From the NCBI GenBank assembly GCA_020438795.1, contig JAGQTY010000003.1, forward strand, positions 103,913 to 167,912: a stretch of 64,000 bases of DNA. Direction: 5' to 3'. The stretch's first letter is position 1. Each line of letters begins with the position of its first letter. Under the pieces are notes generated by a model. It ran no database searches, was not told the origin of the DNA, and saw nothing but the letters and a program-made list of their open reading frames with translations. This document shows, one piece after another, positions 37,688 through 46,507 of this stretch. This DNA comes from Actinomycetota bacterium (GTDB taxonomy: Bacteria; Actinomycetota; Actinomycetes; S36-B12; GCA-2699445). A program made the position numbers and the translations under genes.

Positions 37688-38320
37688 TCAGAGAAGATCG
37701 TGCGCCCGGGCCCATCGAGCCAGTTCCCGCCGGTTACTCAGTTGCAGCTTGCGCAGGACCGCCGACATGTGGGTCTCGATGGTCTTCACGCTCAGGAAGA
37801 GTTCGTCGGCGGCTTCCCGATACGTATCACCCCGGGCGATCAGCCGCATCACATCTCGTTCACGCGGGGTCAGCTGATCCAGTTCCGTGACCGCAGCACT
37901 GGACCGATCCCGGAACGCATCCAGAACGAAGCCGGCGAGCTTCGGGCTGAACACGGCCTCGCCGGCTGCCACCCGTCGGATCGCGTCGGCCAGGTCTGGC
38001 GCGGTGATGTTCTTGGTCACGTAGCCCCGGGCACCTCGCCGCACGACCCCGATCACATCCTCAGCGTCATCGGACACTGAAAGCGCCAGAAAGCGGGTCT
38101 CGGATGCCTGAGCGCCCAGCTGCGCCAGCACCGAACCCGCATTGCCACCCGGAAGGTGCACATCGAGCAGCACCACATCGGGCTGGACGTCGGCGATCAC
38201 GGACACGGCCGTATCCACGTCATCGGCCTCGCCAACCACTTCGAAGTCGTCCGGAAGGTCGGCCCGGATCCCCGCTCGGACCAGGGGGTGGTCATCAACG
38301 ATCACAAGACGCAGGCTCAT
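37688..38320 (-). CDS. NarL/LuxR-family response regulator (LiaR-like)
   Basis: LVIVDDHPLVRAG, VVLLDVHLPGG, and HTH LTPRERDVMRLIARGDTYREAADELFLSVKTIETHMSAVLRKL. Confidence 0.9.
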   Translation of the reverse strand: MSLRLVIVDDHPLVRAGIRADLPDDFEVVGEADDVDTAVSVIADVQPDVVLLDVHLPGGNAGSVLAQLGAQASETRFLALSVSDDAEDVIGVVRRGARGYVTKNITAPDLADAIRRVAAGEAVFSPKLAGFVLDAFRDRSSAAVTELDQLTPRERDVMRLIARGDTYREAADELFLSVKTIETHMSAVLRKLQLSNRRELARWARAHDLL

Positions 38321-38347
38321 CGTGGCCAACTCCAACTGCTGACGGGG

Positions 38348-39544
38348 TCAGCTTTGAGGTAGCGAGACATGCAGTCTCACCTCCATACCGGGATTTCTGG
38401 CGCGCAACTGCACCGTGCCACCGATCCTTGCCATTCGCCCCATGATCGACTCGCGCACCCCGATGCGATCCGCGGCGACGGCATCGGGATCGAAACCGGG
38501 ACCGCGGTCCCGGACGGAGACCTGAACACCATCGTCCTCGACCTCGCAGTAGACCGCGACCTGCGCCCTCGGACCGGCATGTTTCGCCGCATTCGTCATG
38601 GCCTCCGCGGCAGCCGCCAGGAGCAGCCGGGTCGGCTCCGTCAGTGCCGTGTCGCCGACGGCGATGACCTCGATCGTGGCATCGTGATCGGCCTCGATCT
38701 TCGCCGCCTCACCGCGCAGCGCCCCAGCCAGCGTTCCCGGGGCTGCAGCAGCGGGAGTGTAGAGCCACGAACGGAGCCGGTGCTCCTCACTGCGGGCCAG
38801 TGCGCGCACCCGTTCGGCATCGTCGGCGTTGCGCTGCACCAGGGTCAGCGTTTGCAGCACGCTGTCATGCACCTGCGCCGCGATCTCAGTGCGCTCCTGC
38901 TCGCGGATCAGGGCGCGGCGCTGATCGGCCGCATCCCGGTAGAGCCGCAGCAGCAGGGGAAGGAACAACAGGCTCACTCCACCGACGATCAGCAGCACCA
39001 CGGACAGCGCCTGCAAGGCCTGGGACCAGCCGATCTCTCCCACCAGCAACGAAGCGGTACCCGCCACGATGATGGCGATGCCGGCGACGGGACGCAGCCA
39101 GCGGTACTTGCGATCCGGAGGCTCCTCCGCGGAGATGAACTGCTGCCAGACGATGGCCACGCCGAGCCCGACCACAATGAGCGGCGTTGCGTACTGGGCG
39201 AATGGTCCCCAGCCGCCGTAGAAGAGCACCGCGAGGCCGATGGCGACCGCCCCGAACGCAAGAAGACGGCCGAAGTCGGTGCCCCGCTGTGCGGCGCCAG
39301 GCTCATCCTTGGCCAGAGGCATCACCGCCCAGAGCCCCAGATACAGCAGTACACCGAGGCCGTTGGCCAGCGTCAGGACCAGGAAGATCAACCGGAGGCT
39401 GGCAACGGGCACTCCCAGGTGCTGGGCCAGGCCGGCGCAGACACCGCCCACCCAGCGACCGGACGGTCGCCGCGTTGCTCTGGGGACTGCCACGCTGGTC
39501 ACGCTGGTCACGCTGCCAGTATCCCGTAACCTCGGGGGCACCAC
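38348..39544 (-). CDS. PspC-domain sensor histidine kinase (HisKA_3 type, LiaS-like)
   Basis: N-terminal PspC motif (RWVGGVCAGLAQHLGVPVASLRLIFLVL), several TM helices, H-box RTEIAAQVHDSVLQTL, and HATPase (EAMTNAAKHAG, RDRGPGFDP). GTG start. Confidence 0.85.
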   Translation of the reverse strand: MVPPRLRDTGSVTSVTSVAVPRATRRPSGRWVGGVCAGLAQHLGVPVASLRLIFLVLTLANGLGVLLYLGLWAVMPLAKDEPGAAQRGTDFGRLLAFGAVAIGLAVLFYGGWGPFAQYATPLIVVGLGVAIVWQQFISAEEPPDRKYRWLRPVAGIAIIVAGTASLLVGEIGWSQALQALSVVLLIVGGVSLLFLPLLLRLYRDAADQRRALIREQERTEIAAQVHDSVLQTLTLVQRNADDAERVRALARSEEHRLRSWLYTPAAAAPGTLAGALRGEAAKIEADHDATIEVIAVGDTALTEPTRLLLAAAAEAMTNAAKHAGPRAQVAVYCEVEDDGVQVSVRDRGPGFDPDAVAADRIGVRESIMGRMARIGGTVQLRARNPGMEVRLHVSLPQS

Positions 39545-39641
39545 CTCAGGGAAACACCCTGAGGTGGGGTGCGCCGGATCGGGGACGGTTCAGGGTTCTT
39601 CCCCGATGTGCGGCCACCCTCCCGGAGCACATCATCGAGAC

Positions 39642-41012
39642 ATGAACGAGAACACGACAGTCATCGACAACCAACCACAGGCCTACCGGCCACCACCGGG
39701 GCTGCTGCGCCGCAGCAGCAGCGACCGGATGATCGGCGGTGTATGCGGCGGGCTCGGCCGCCGCTACGGGATCGACCCGGCCATCCTGCGCGTCGCTTTC
39801 GTCGTCGCAGTGCTGGCCGCGGGCTTCGGACTGCTCGCATACCTGGCGCTGTGGCTGCTGATCCCCGCCGACACCGAGGCCACCCGCGGCACACTCACCG
39901 GTTCGGTCTGGAAACTCATCCTGGGCGTCCTGATCGGCGTCGGGGGTGTGGCGGCCCTGCTCAGCTGGATCCCCTGGCTCCTGCTCGTGCTGCTGGCGAT
40001 CATCGCCGTCTGGGCCTACGCGAAACGGGACCAGTCCCCGCGCTGGGCGCCGCCGACGGATAGCGCGACCACGACAGCACCGGCACCTCCCGGAACACCC
40101 GATGCCGAGACCGGCAGCCCAGCGGTGGCTGCCGCGCCGGATGCTGCCGCCGAAGTCCCGGGGGCGGCGTCTTCGCCGGTGACCGGTTTCGCGCATGGGG
40201 GTACGGGCATCGTGCCACCGCCCCCGGTCGAGCCGCCGGCGCCTCGCCCACGACCGGCTCGCTCCTACCTCGGCCTCATCACGCTGCTGGCCGTGGTCGT
40301 GGTCGGCTCCGTACTGGCCACATTTATGGCGCTGGAATGGATCGGTCTGAGCCTGGTGGGCTTCTGGGCCGTCCTGCTGCTCGTCGTGGGCGCCGGCCTC
40401 TTGGTCTCAGCCTTCGTCGGCAGGGCACGCTGGCTCATTGCCCCTGGACTGGCACTGGCGCTGGTCCTGGCCGCCGTGGCCTACCTGCCACCGGTCATAG
40501 GCAACTTTCCCGAGGGGGGCGTGGGCGAGCGAGTCTGGATGCCGTCATCGGCTGATCAGGAGTTCACGCTCGGGATCGGCTCTGCGCGTCTGGACCTCAC
40601 TGACTGGGCGAGCGACCCGACGCTGGCGCCACCCCAGCAGGGTGACGTGCTCGCTGCCGCGGTCGGGGTGGGCGAGCTCATCGTGACCGTCCCCTCGAAC
40701 TGGCAGGTCCGGGTCAACGGCGAGGTCGGCCTCGGCGAGGCACGGATCAACGACACCGACGTGAAGCCCGATGATCAGCCGAGTGTCACGTTCGAGGAGG
40801 ACTTCCCGGCTACCGGAACCGCAGACGGCGAACTGGTGCTGGACCTGGACGTTCGACTGGGGCAACTGACCGTGGACCGGGAGCCGGTGCTGAGTATCGA
40901 GGGCCGCAAACCGGCGCCCAAAGCATCGCCGGAGCAGCCGAGATCGAAGGCCGACAAGGCCGACTCAAGAGCCGCGAACAAGCCCAACGCCACTGCCGAG
41001 AAGGGAAACTGA
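39642..41012 (+). CDS. PspC-domain membrane protein with a LiaF-like C-terminal domain
   Basis: Start MNENTTV (ATG 39642); the longer ORF from 39240 overlaps the divergent kinase gene. Contains the PspC motif RMIGGVCGGLGRRYGIDPAILRVAFVV, multiple TM helices and a Pro-rich loop. The C-terminal beta-rich block (ARLDLTDW...GELIVTVPSNWQVRVNGEVGLGEARIND) resembles the LiaF/DUF2154 domain. Confidence 0.8.
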   Translation: MNENTTVIDNQPQAYRPPPGLLRRSSSDRMIGGVCGGLGRRYGIDPAILRVAFVVAVLAAGFGLLAYLALWLLIPADTEATRGTLTGSVWKLILGVLIGVGGVAALLSWIPWLLLVLLAIIAVWAYAKRDQSPRWAPPTDSATTTAPAPPGTPDAETGSPAVAAAPDAAAEVPGAASSPVTGFAHGGTGIVPPPPVEPPAPRPRPARSYLGLITLLAVVVVGSVLATFMALEWIGLSLVGFWAVLLLVVGAGLLVSAFVGRARWLIAPGLALALVLAAVAYLPPVIGNFPEGGVGERVWMPSSADQEFTLGIGSARLDLTDWASDPTLAPPQQGDVLAAAVGVGELIVTVPSNWQVRVNGEVGLGEARINDTDVKPDDQPSVTFEEDFPATGTADGELVLDLDVRLGQLTVDREPVLSIEGRKPAPKASPEQPRSKADKADSRAANKPNATAEKGN

Positions 41013-41013
41013 C

Positions 41014-41394
41014 ATGAAACGCCATCCGCTGGAAGTACTGAGCCTGCTGTCAGGGCTACTGTTCATCGGCTTCGCCCTGCTGTACCTCGGCGCGGACGTC
41101 AACGACCTGGTGCCATCGGCTGCGATCACCATTCCAATCCTGCTAGCAGGGCTGGGGGTCGCCGGGATCCTCGCCGCGATCGTCGCTAGCAATCGTGCCG
41201 CAGGTGAAGCGCCACTGCCGGAGCGGGTCGGCGGTAGCTGGACAGAGCCGCAGGAGAGTTCCAGCGACCCTGCGAGGGCCGACACCGAACCGGACCACGG
41301 CAACATCGATGCGGCTGCCCCGGCCGAACCCATACGGTCCACGGAGTTCCTCCAGCAGCCGGGTCCTGAGAAGGACGAGGGTTCGATCCGCTGA
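41014..41394 (+). CDS. Small two-TM membrane protein, unknown function
   Basis: LSLLSGLLFIGFALLYLG and ITIPILLAGLGVAGILAAIVA helices with an acidic tail. It starts 2 nt after the upstream stop. Confidence 0.5.
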   Translation: MKRHPLEVLSLLSGLLFIGFALLYLGADVNDLVPSAAITIPILLAGLGVAGILAAIVASNRAAGEAPLPERVGGSWTEPQESSSDPARADTEPDHGNIDAAAPAEPIRSTEFLQQPGPEKDEGSIR

Positions 41395-41403
41395 GCCTGT
41401 CGC

Positions 41404-41451
41404 GAACACCGTTGGGCCGTCGCCGCGCCGGGCGACGGCCCAGCGGTGTTC
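41404..41451 (+). terminator. Strong GC-rich hairpin (21-bp stem with one G-U pair, 6-nt loop) after the PspC module; I-shaped (no U tract)
   Basis: GAACACCGTTGGGCCGTCGCC-gcgccg-GGCGACGGCCCAGCGGTGTTC, read directly, 10 nt after the stop at 41394. Confidence 0.55.
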
Positions 41452-41699
41452 GGCAGCCCCGGCGAGTACAGCCGCGGTCCGGCAGCGTACGACTGCGATC
41501 TCCAGACCGAGCAGTGCCGGAACGTCAGCATGCCGAGGGTGTTCCTGACATGGACGGAATCAGAACAGGCGCGACTGCTGGGCGATCTAGGTATACGCAG
41601 ATCACAGCTAGGTTCGCAGACGAGTGACCCCACGGAATCTCGTGCCACGAAACGAGTGCCATCGACCGATCGTGAGGGTATCCCTGCGATTGGAGCGCC

Positions 41700-44600
41700 G
41701 TGACTGTACGACGAGATCTCCGAACCCGTGCCAGTCGGCTCACGGCAACCCTCTGCATGCTCGGTCTGCTGGCCACGATGATGCTGGCGGGCACAGCGGT
41801 CTCCGCACAAGCGGACGAGGTCGACGTCATCACCGCCGGCGTAGGGTCCTACGCGGGCGGTGTCCCGGACGGAGCCGCACGACCGCTGAACAAGGACGGG
41901 ACACCCGCCACAGCGCTGGTCACCGATGAGTTCCACCAGCCCCTGACCACCAACGAGTGGTGGTCCTCCCTGCTCTGGCCGTGGTCGTCGGACAACCCGA
42001 AGCGGCAGTACTCGCTCAGGATGTACCCACATCCACTGTCCACCCGCGCCAACGCCGGCGGCCTGGAGGTCGGCTACCCCGACCGCGTCTCCCAAGCCGT
42101 CTACTCCGATGCTCCCGGGGCTACCACCGAGTCCTACTGGTTCGACCATCACGCCGATCTCACGCTCGGCGTGGAGGGCCTCTCCGCACCGGACACCCGG
42201 GTCGACGGATACTCCGACTGGGGCGTTGTCGCCGATTGGGATGATGGGCAGCGAAATCTGGAGGCCTCCCTGGCCCACGGCTCTCCGTACGTCTACGCCC
42301 GAGCCACCGGCGGCCGGGCACAGGTGCGCTTCAGCAGTGCGGCGCAGGTCTGGGCCGACCGCGGCAACGTCCTCGGGGTCACGGTGAACGGACACCACTA
42401 CGGACTGTTCGCACCGGGCGGAGCCACCTGGCAGGGCGCCGGCGATCAGCGTGTGAGCGACCTCGCTGGCAAGGACTACTACTCCGTCGCATTGCTGCCG
42501 GACGATGACGCAGCGACGCTTGACCTCTTCAGCGCCCACGCGTACGTGTTTGTGACAGGCACCCGCGCGCAGTGGTCCTACGACGAGGGGAACGCCAGCG
42601 TGACTTCGAGGCTTCATCTCGATGTGGAGGTACTTGAGGGCGAGAAGCAGCAGCCTCTTACGGCGCTCTACCGGCACCAGTGGCTGAACAGCGACGCCGA
42701 CACGATTCCGGGTCTCGGTTACACTTCCGCCCGTGGCCGCATGAAACTGGCGCGTGCCGGAACCATCACGACCACCGTCGACACCCCGCCGCTGCTCACT
42801 GCCCTGCCGCTGGTGGAATCCGCCGACCAGGACCTGCTCAATACGCAGATCGACGAGGTGCTACACAGTGAGCCCCTGATCCAGCAGAGCAACATCTACT
42901 TCGACGGCACCTTCACCCACCGGCTGACCCAGCTCGTGGAGATCGCCGATCAGTTGGGCCGCACCGATGCCCGCGACACGTTCCTGCGGGCGATGAAGGA
43001 CCGCCTCGAACGCTGGCTGAGCTACCAGCCGGGCGACACTCACTGGTATCTGGCCTATGACCCGAAGTGGGCCACGCTACTCGCCCAGCCTGAGGCATTC
43101 TTCAGCGCCGAGATGATGAACGACCATCACTTCGACTTCGGCTACTACGTGCAGGCGGCCGCCGTGATCGCCCAGTACGACTCCGAGTGGGCAGCCGACT
43201 GGGGTCCGATGATCGACCTGCTCATCAAGGACAGCGCCAACGGCGACCGTTCGGATACCCGATTCCCGTTCCTGCGCACGTTCGATCCCTTCGCCGGGCA
43301 TTCGTGGGCCTCCGGACACAGCGGCTTCGATGCGGGCGCGAATCAGGAATCCTCCAGTGAGGCGATGAACTACGCCAGCGGCATCCTGCGCTGGGGTCAG
43401 GAGCGCGGGGACACGCAGTTGCGGGATCTTGGCGCCTACCTGTACACCACTGAGGCCAGTGCCATCGATCAGTACTGGTTCGACGTGGATGACCAGGTGT
43501 TCCCTGACGAGTTCGGTCAGGACACAGCCGGCATGGTGTGGAGCAACGGAGCTGCCTACTCGACGTGGTGGACCGCCAGCACAGAGGAGATTCACGGCAT
43601 CAACTTCGTACCGGTCGGTGCGCAGTCGCTGTATCTGGGCCGTGACCCGGACTACATCAGGCGCAACTACCAGAACATGGTCGAGAACAACGGCGGCGCA
43701 GCCCAGTTCTGGTACGAGATCATCTGGAAGTATCTCGCACTGTCCGAGCCCGACCGGGCCGCTGGGCTGCGTGACCAGAACCCGGACTGGCGCCCGGACC
43801 ATCAGGGTGGGGATGACGTGGGCAGCCGCGCGCACACCAACCACTGGATCAGCGCCCTGCAGCAGATCGGCCAGCTGAATCCGCGGGTGCATGGCGACAT
43901 CGCCACCAGTGCCACCTTCGACAAGAGGAACATCCGCACGTATGCGGCCCACAATCCCACGGATCAGCCGCTGACGGTCACATTCTCCGATGGCTACGAG
44001 CTGCAGGTGGCGCCCCGTTCGAGCGCCAGCACTGCCGACACCGCACCCGAGGACCCCGCCGAGCCAACACCCACGCCGACCGGGTCTGACGAACCTTCAC
44101 CGACCGAGGGACCTTCAACCGATCCGACGCCGTCAACAGACCCGACGCCGTCAACAGATCCGACGCCGAGCAACGAGCCGGGGAACCCGGCGCTGCGCAT
44201 CGAAGCCGAGGACTTCAGCAACAACCCCGGCGTGCTCATACAGCCCTCCGGCGACCAGCCCGACATCCACAACCCCGCAGTAGCACTGCTCAACCGCCAG
44301 CACAGGCTGACCTATCAGGACCAGCACCTCGGCGAACAACCCGTCACCGGACTCACCGTCCGACTGGCCTCCGCCATCGGCCAGGGCACTCTGCAACTGC
44401 ACACCGGTAGCGCGACCGGTCCGGTCGTGGCCAGCATCGCTATCCCCAACACCGGCACCTGGCAGGACTACCAGACGCTGCACACCAACATCGATCCAGC
44501 ACTGACCGGGAACCAGAACCTCCACCTGACCATCGAACACGACACCAACAACGCCGTAGCCAACCTCAACTGGTTCGAGCTCACCACCGACCCAGCACCC

Positions 44601-46454
44601 ACACCCTCCCCGACCGAACCCACACCGTCCGAAGAACCCCCACCCACACAGGAGCCAACACCCAGCGAAGAACCGACCCCGAGCAAGGAACCGTCACCGA
44701 CCCAAGAGCCCACACCTGATCCGACTACGGAGCCTAACCCTGACCCCGGCACCCGAACCATCTATCTGCCCATCGAGGCGGAGACCTTCGACGACTCCAA
44801 CGGTGCAGTGGCCAACACTGATGGGGTACGACTGCGCGACGGCCGGTGGCTCCGCTTCGCCGACGTCGATCTCGGCATCGCCAACCCCACCCTGGTGCAG
44901 GGCCGCAACGCGTCGGGCGCATCGGGTTCAGGCACCGTCCGCTTCCGGCTCGACAGCCCGGACGGGCCTGTCGTGGCGCAGTACAACCTGGGCAGCACCG
45001 GCGGCTGGGACAGCTACCAGAAGACCCAGGGCAATGTGAACCGGGACCTGGATGTGACGGGTGTGCACGACGTCTACGTCACGGTGGACTCACCAGTCAG
45101 CGGCGACTTCGTGGCGCTTGATCGCTTCCAGTTCAAGCACCCGGCGGTACCGCTGGCGGACTCGCCCAGCGGCGTGAAGCAGTTGTTCATCGTCCATTGT
45201 GGCTTCAGCCACCGGGCGCCGGATGATCCCATCGTCCACAAGGGCATGCCGGGCCACTCCCACATGCACGACTTCTTCGGTGCCACCACCACGAACGCAG
45301 GGAGCACCGAGGGATCCCTGCGGGCGGGCGGCACCACGTGCAATGTGCCCGGCGACACGGCCGCCTACTGGGCACCGACGCTGTATCACCCGGACGGCAA
45401 CGCCGTCACCCCGTTCGATCTGAAGGTCTACTACCAGTTCATCAACGGCCCCGCCGCCCAGGCACAGACGATTCCGCCGGGGCTCAAGATGGTCGCGGGG
45501 AATCCGCAGGCCACGCCGGAGAATCCGGGGCAGCAGGTGGCCACCTTCCGCTGTGCCGGTGGCGGCGAGCAACCCGCGGAACCGGGCGGGAACCAGCACG
45601 ACATGGCCCTGTGCCCCAACGGCCACAACCTGCAGGTGACGATCCTGTTCCCCGACTGCTGGAACGGCTCCGACCTGGACAGTGCGGACCACAGGAGCCA
45701 CGTGGCCTACGCCGCCGGGGGCCAGTGCCCGGCCAGCCATCCTCAGAAGATCGTGCAGGTCCTTGAGGAGTTCGAGTACGCCACACAGGGAGGTGCGGGC
45801 TTCCACCCGGCCAGTGGCGACGCCATCACGATGCATGCCGACTTCTGGAACAGCTGGGATACCGAGGCTCTGGATGGCCTGGTCGATGACTGCATCGTGG
45901 CCGGCCGTTTCGGCTGTGACCCGCCCCCATACACCTCACCCACGCTCACCACGGTCGCGGGTCCACAGCAGGGTCCAGCGCTCGAGAGCTGTTTCATGCT
46001 TGGTGGGTGTGAGCCACCAAGCATGAAACAGGCGCAGCCAGCGCCAACGGTGCTCGGCGACTCGTCGGACTCGCGGGCCCCGTCGGCCTCATCACCGCAT
46101 ACACCCGGGGGACCCACCGGCGAGCCTTCGCCGCGACAGCAGACCGGACCCGCCGCGCCGCAGCGCGGTCCAGCCGAATCGGTCCACTACCAGGAGGCAG
46201 TGGCCGGGGCCCGCGATGCCAGGCGCTCCGCCGTACGAGCCGCCAAGAAGGAATTCCGTGCGGCGACGGCTTCGGACCGTCGGCGCTTCCGCAATGCGGT
46301 CCGATGGGCCAACTCGAGCAAGGAGAGGGGGCTGGCGAAGCAACGTTTCGGCAAGGCCACGCAAGCGCAGCTCCGGACCAGGCGACGGGCGATCTCCACT
46401 GCCCGGACCGACTACCGAGCCGCCGTCAAGCTGGCGCGGCAACGATACCTGTGA
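41700..46454 (+). CDS. Secreted multidomain GH81-like endo-beta-1,3-glucanase - 2 x CBM6/35-like modules - DUF1996-like domain - Arg/Lys-rich tail
   Basis: GTG start and signal peptide (LLATMMLAGTAVSAQA). GH81-type motifs NDHHFDFGYY, FAGHSWASGH, NQESSSEAMNY. P/T/E/S linkers. LRIEAEDFSNN...NLNWFEL and LPIEAETFDDSNG...LDRFQF (CBM6/35-like). DDPIVHKGMPGHSHMHDFFG (DUF1996-like). 1584 aa. Confidence 0.8.
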   Translation: MTVRRDLRTRASRLTATLCMLGLLATMMLAGTAVSAQADEVDVITAGVGSYAGGVPDGAARPLNKDGTPATALVTDEFHQPLTTNEWWSSLLWPWSSDNPKRQYSLRMYPHPLSTRANAGGLEVGYPDRVSQAVYSDAPGATTESYWFDHHADLTLGVEGLSAPDTRVDGYSDWGVVADWDDGQRNLEASLAHGSPYVYARATGGRAQVRFSSAAQVWADRGNVLGVTVNGHHYGLFAPGGATWQGAGDQRVSDLAGKDYYSVALLPDDDAATLDLFSAHAYVFVTGTRAQWSYDEGNASVTSRLHLDVEVLEGEKQQPLTALYRHQWLNSDADTIPGLGYTSARGRMKLARAGTITTTVDTPPLLTALPLVESADQDLLNTQIDEVLHSEPLIQQSNIYFDGTFTHRLTQLVEIADQLGRTDARDTFLRAMKDRLERWLSYQPGDTHWYLAYDPKWATLLAQPEAFFSAEMMNDHHFDFGYYVQAAAVIAQYDSEWAADWGPMIDLLIKDSANGDRSDTRFPFLRTFDPFAGHSWASGHSGFDAGANQESSSEAMNYASGILRWGQERGDTQLRDLGAYLYTTEASAIDQYWFDVDDQVFPDEFGQDTAGMVWSNGAAYSTWWTASTEEIHGINFVPVGAQSLYLGRDPDYIRRNYQNMVENNGGAAQFWYEIIWKYLALSEPDRAAGLRDQNPDWRPDHQGGDDVGSRAHTNHWISALQQIGQLNPRVHGDIATSATFDKRNIRTYAAHNPTDQPLTVTFSDGYELQVAPRSSASTADTAPEDPAEPTPTPTGSDEPSPTEGPSTDPTPSTDPTPSTDPTPSNEPGNPALRIEAEDFSNNPGVLIQPSGDQPDIHNPAVALLNRQHRLTYQDQHLGEQPVTGLTVRLASAIGQGTLQLHTGSATGPVVASIAIPNTGTWQDYQTLHTNIDPALTGNQNLHLTIEHDTNNAVANLNWFELTTDPAPTPSPTEPTPSEEPPPTQEPTPSEEPTPSKEPSPTQEPTPDPTTEPNPDPGTRTIYLPIEAETFDDSNGAVANTDGVRLRDGRWLRFADVDLGIANPTLVQGRNASGASGSGTVRFRLDSPDGPVVAQYNLGSTGGWDSYQKTQGNVNRDLDVTGVHDVYVTVDSPVSGDFVALDRFQFKHPAVPLADSPSGVKQLFIVHCGFSHRAPDDPIVHKGMPGHSHMHDFFGATTTNAGSTEGSLRAGGTTCNVPGDTAAYWAPTLYHPDGNAVTPFDLKVYYQFINGPAAQAQTIPPGLKMVAGNPQATPENPGQQVATFRCAGGGEQPAEPGGNQHDMALCPNGHNLQVTILFPDCWNGSDLDSADHRSHVAYAAGGQCPASHPQKIVQVLEEFEYATQGGAGFHPASGDAITMHADFWNSWDTEALDGLVDDCIVAGRFGCDPPPYTSPTLTTVAGPQQGPALESCFMLGGCEPPSMKQAQPAPTVLGDSSDSRAPSASSPHTPGGPTGEPSPRQQTGPAAPQRGPAESVHYQEAVAGARDARRSAVRAAKKEFRAATASDRRRFRNAVRWANSSKERGLAKQRFGKATQAQLRTRRRAISTARTDYRAAVKLARQRYL
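45989..46031. repeat. Perfect 18-bp inverted repeat with a 7-nt loop inside the GH81-fusion reading frame
   Basis: CTGTTTCATGCTTGGTGG-gtgtgag-CCACCAAGCATGAAACAG. All 18 pairs were checked base by base. The stem is 50% GC against a ~70% GC background. Confidence 0.9.
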
Positions 46455-46507
46455 GTCCTGGTCGATGACACGTTTGCGGCATCGATGCGGCACGCGGTCC
46501 GGATGCT

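Noticed and set aside
40965-42677. 570-aa minus-strand ORF. Similar long antisense or alternative-frame ORFs occur at 10965-12113, 4109-5377, 27931-28971, 34703-35728, 38369-39529, 49389-51245, 51133-52596 and 53984-55276.
   Set aside because: All overlap genes with strong family motifs on the other strand or frame (GH81, cysS, senX3, hybrid HK, cheA, PspC kinase, TDT transporter, carotenoid oxygenase, amidase). All have low-complexity Arg/Gly/Pro-rich translations, so they are treated as GC-driven open frames.
46022-46454. A separate small gene starting at ATG 46022 (MKQAQPAP...) after the hairpin
   Set aside because: It is in the same frame as the upstream ORF with no intervening stop. The ATG lies inside the hairpin stem, and there is no RBS or recognisable domain. 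It cannot be supported from sequence alone and is kept as an alternative under the hairpin finding.
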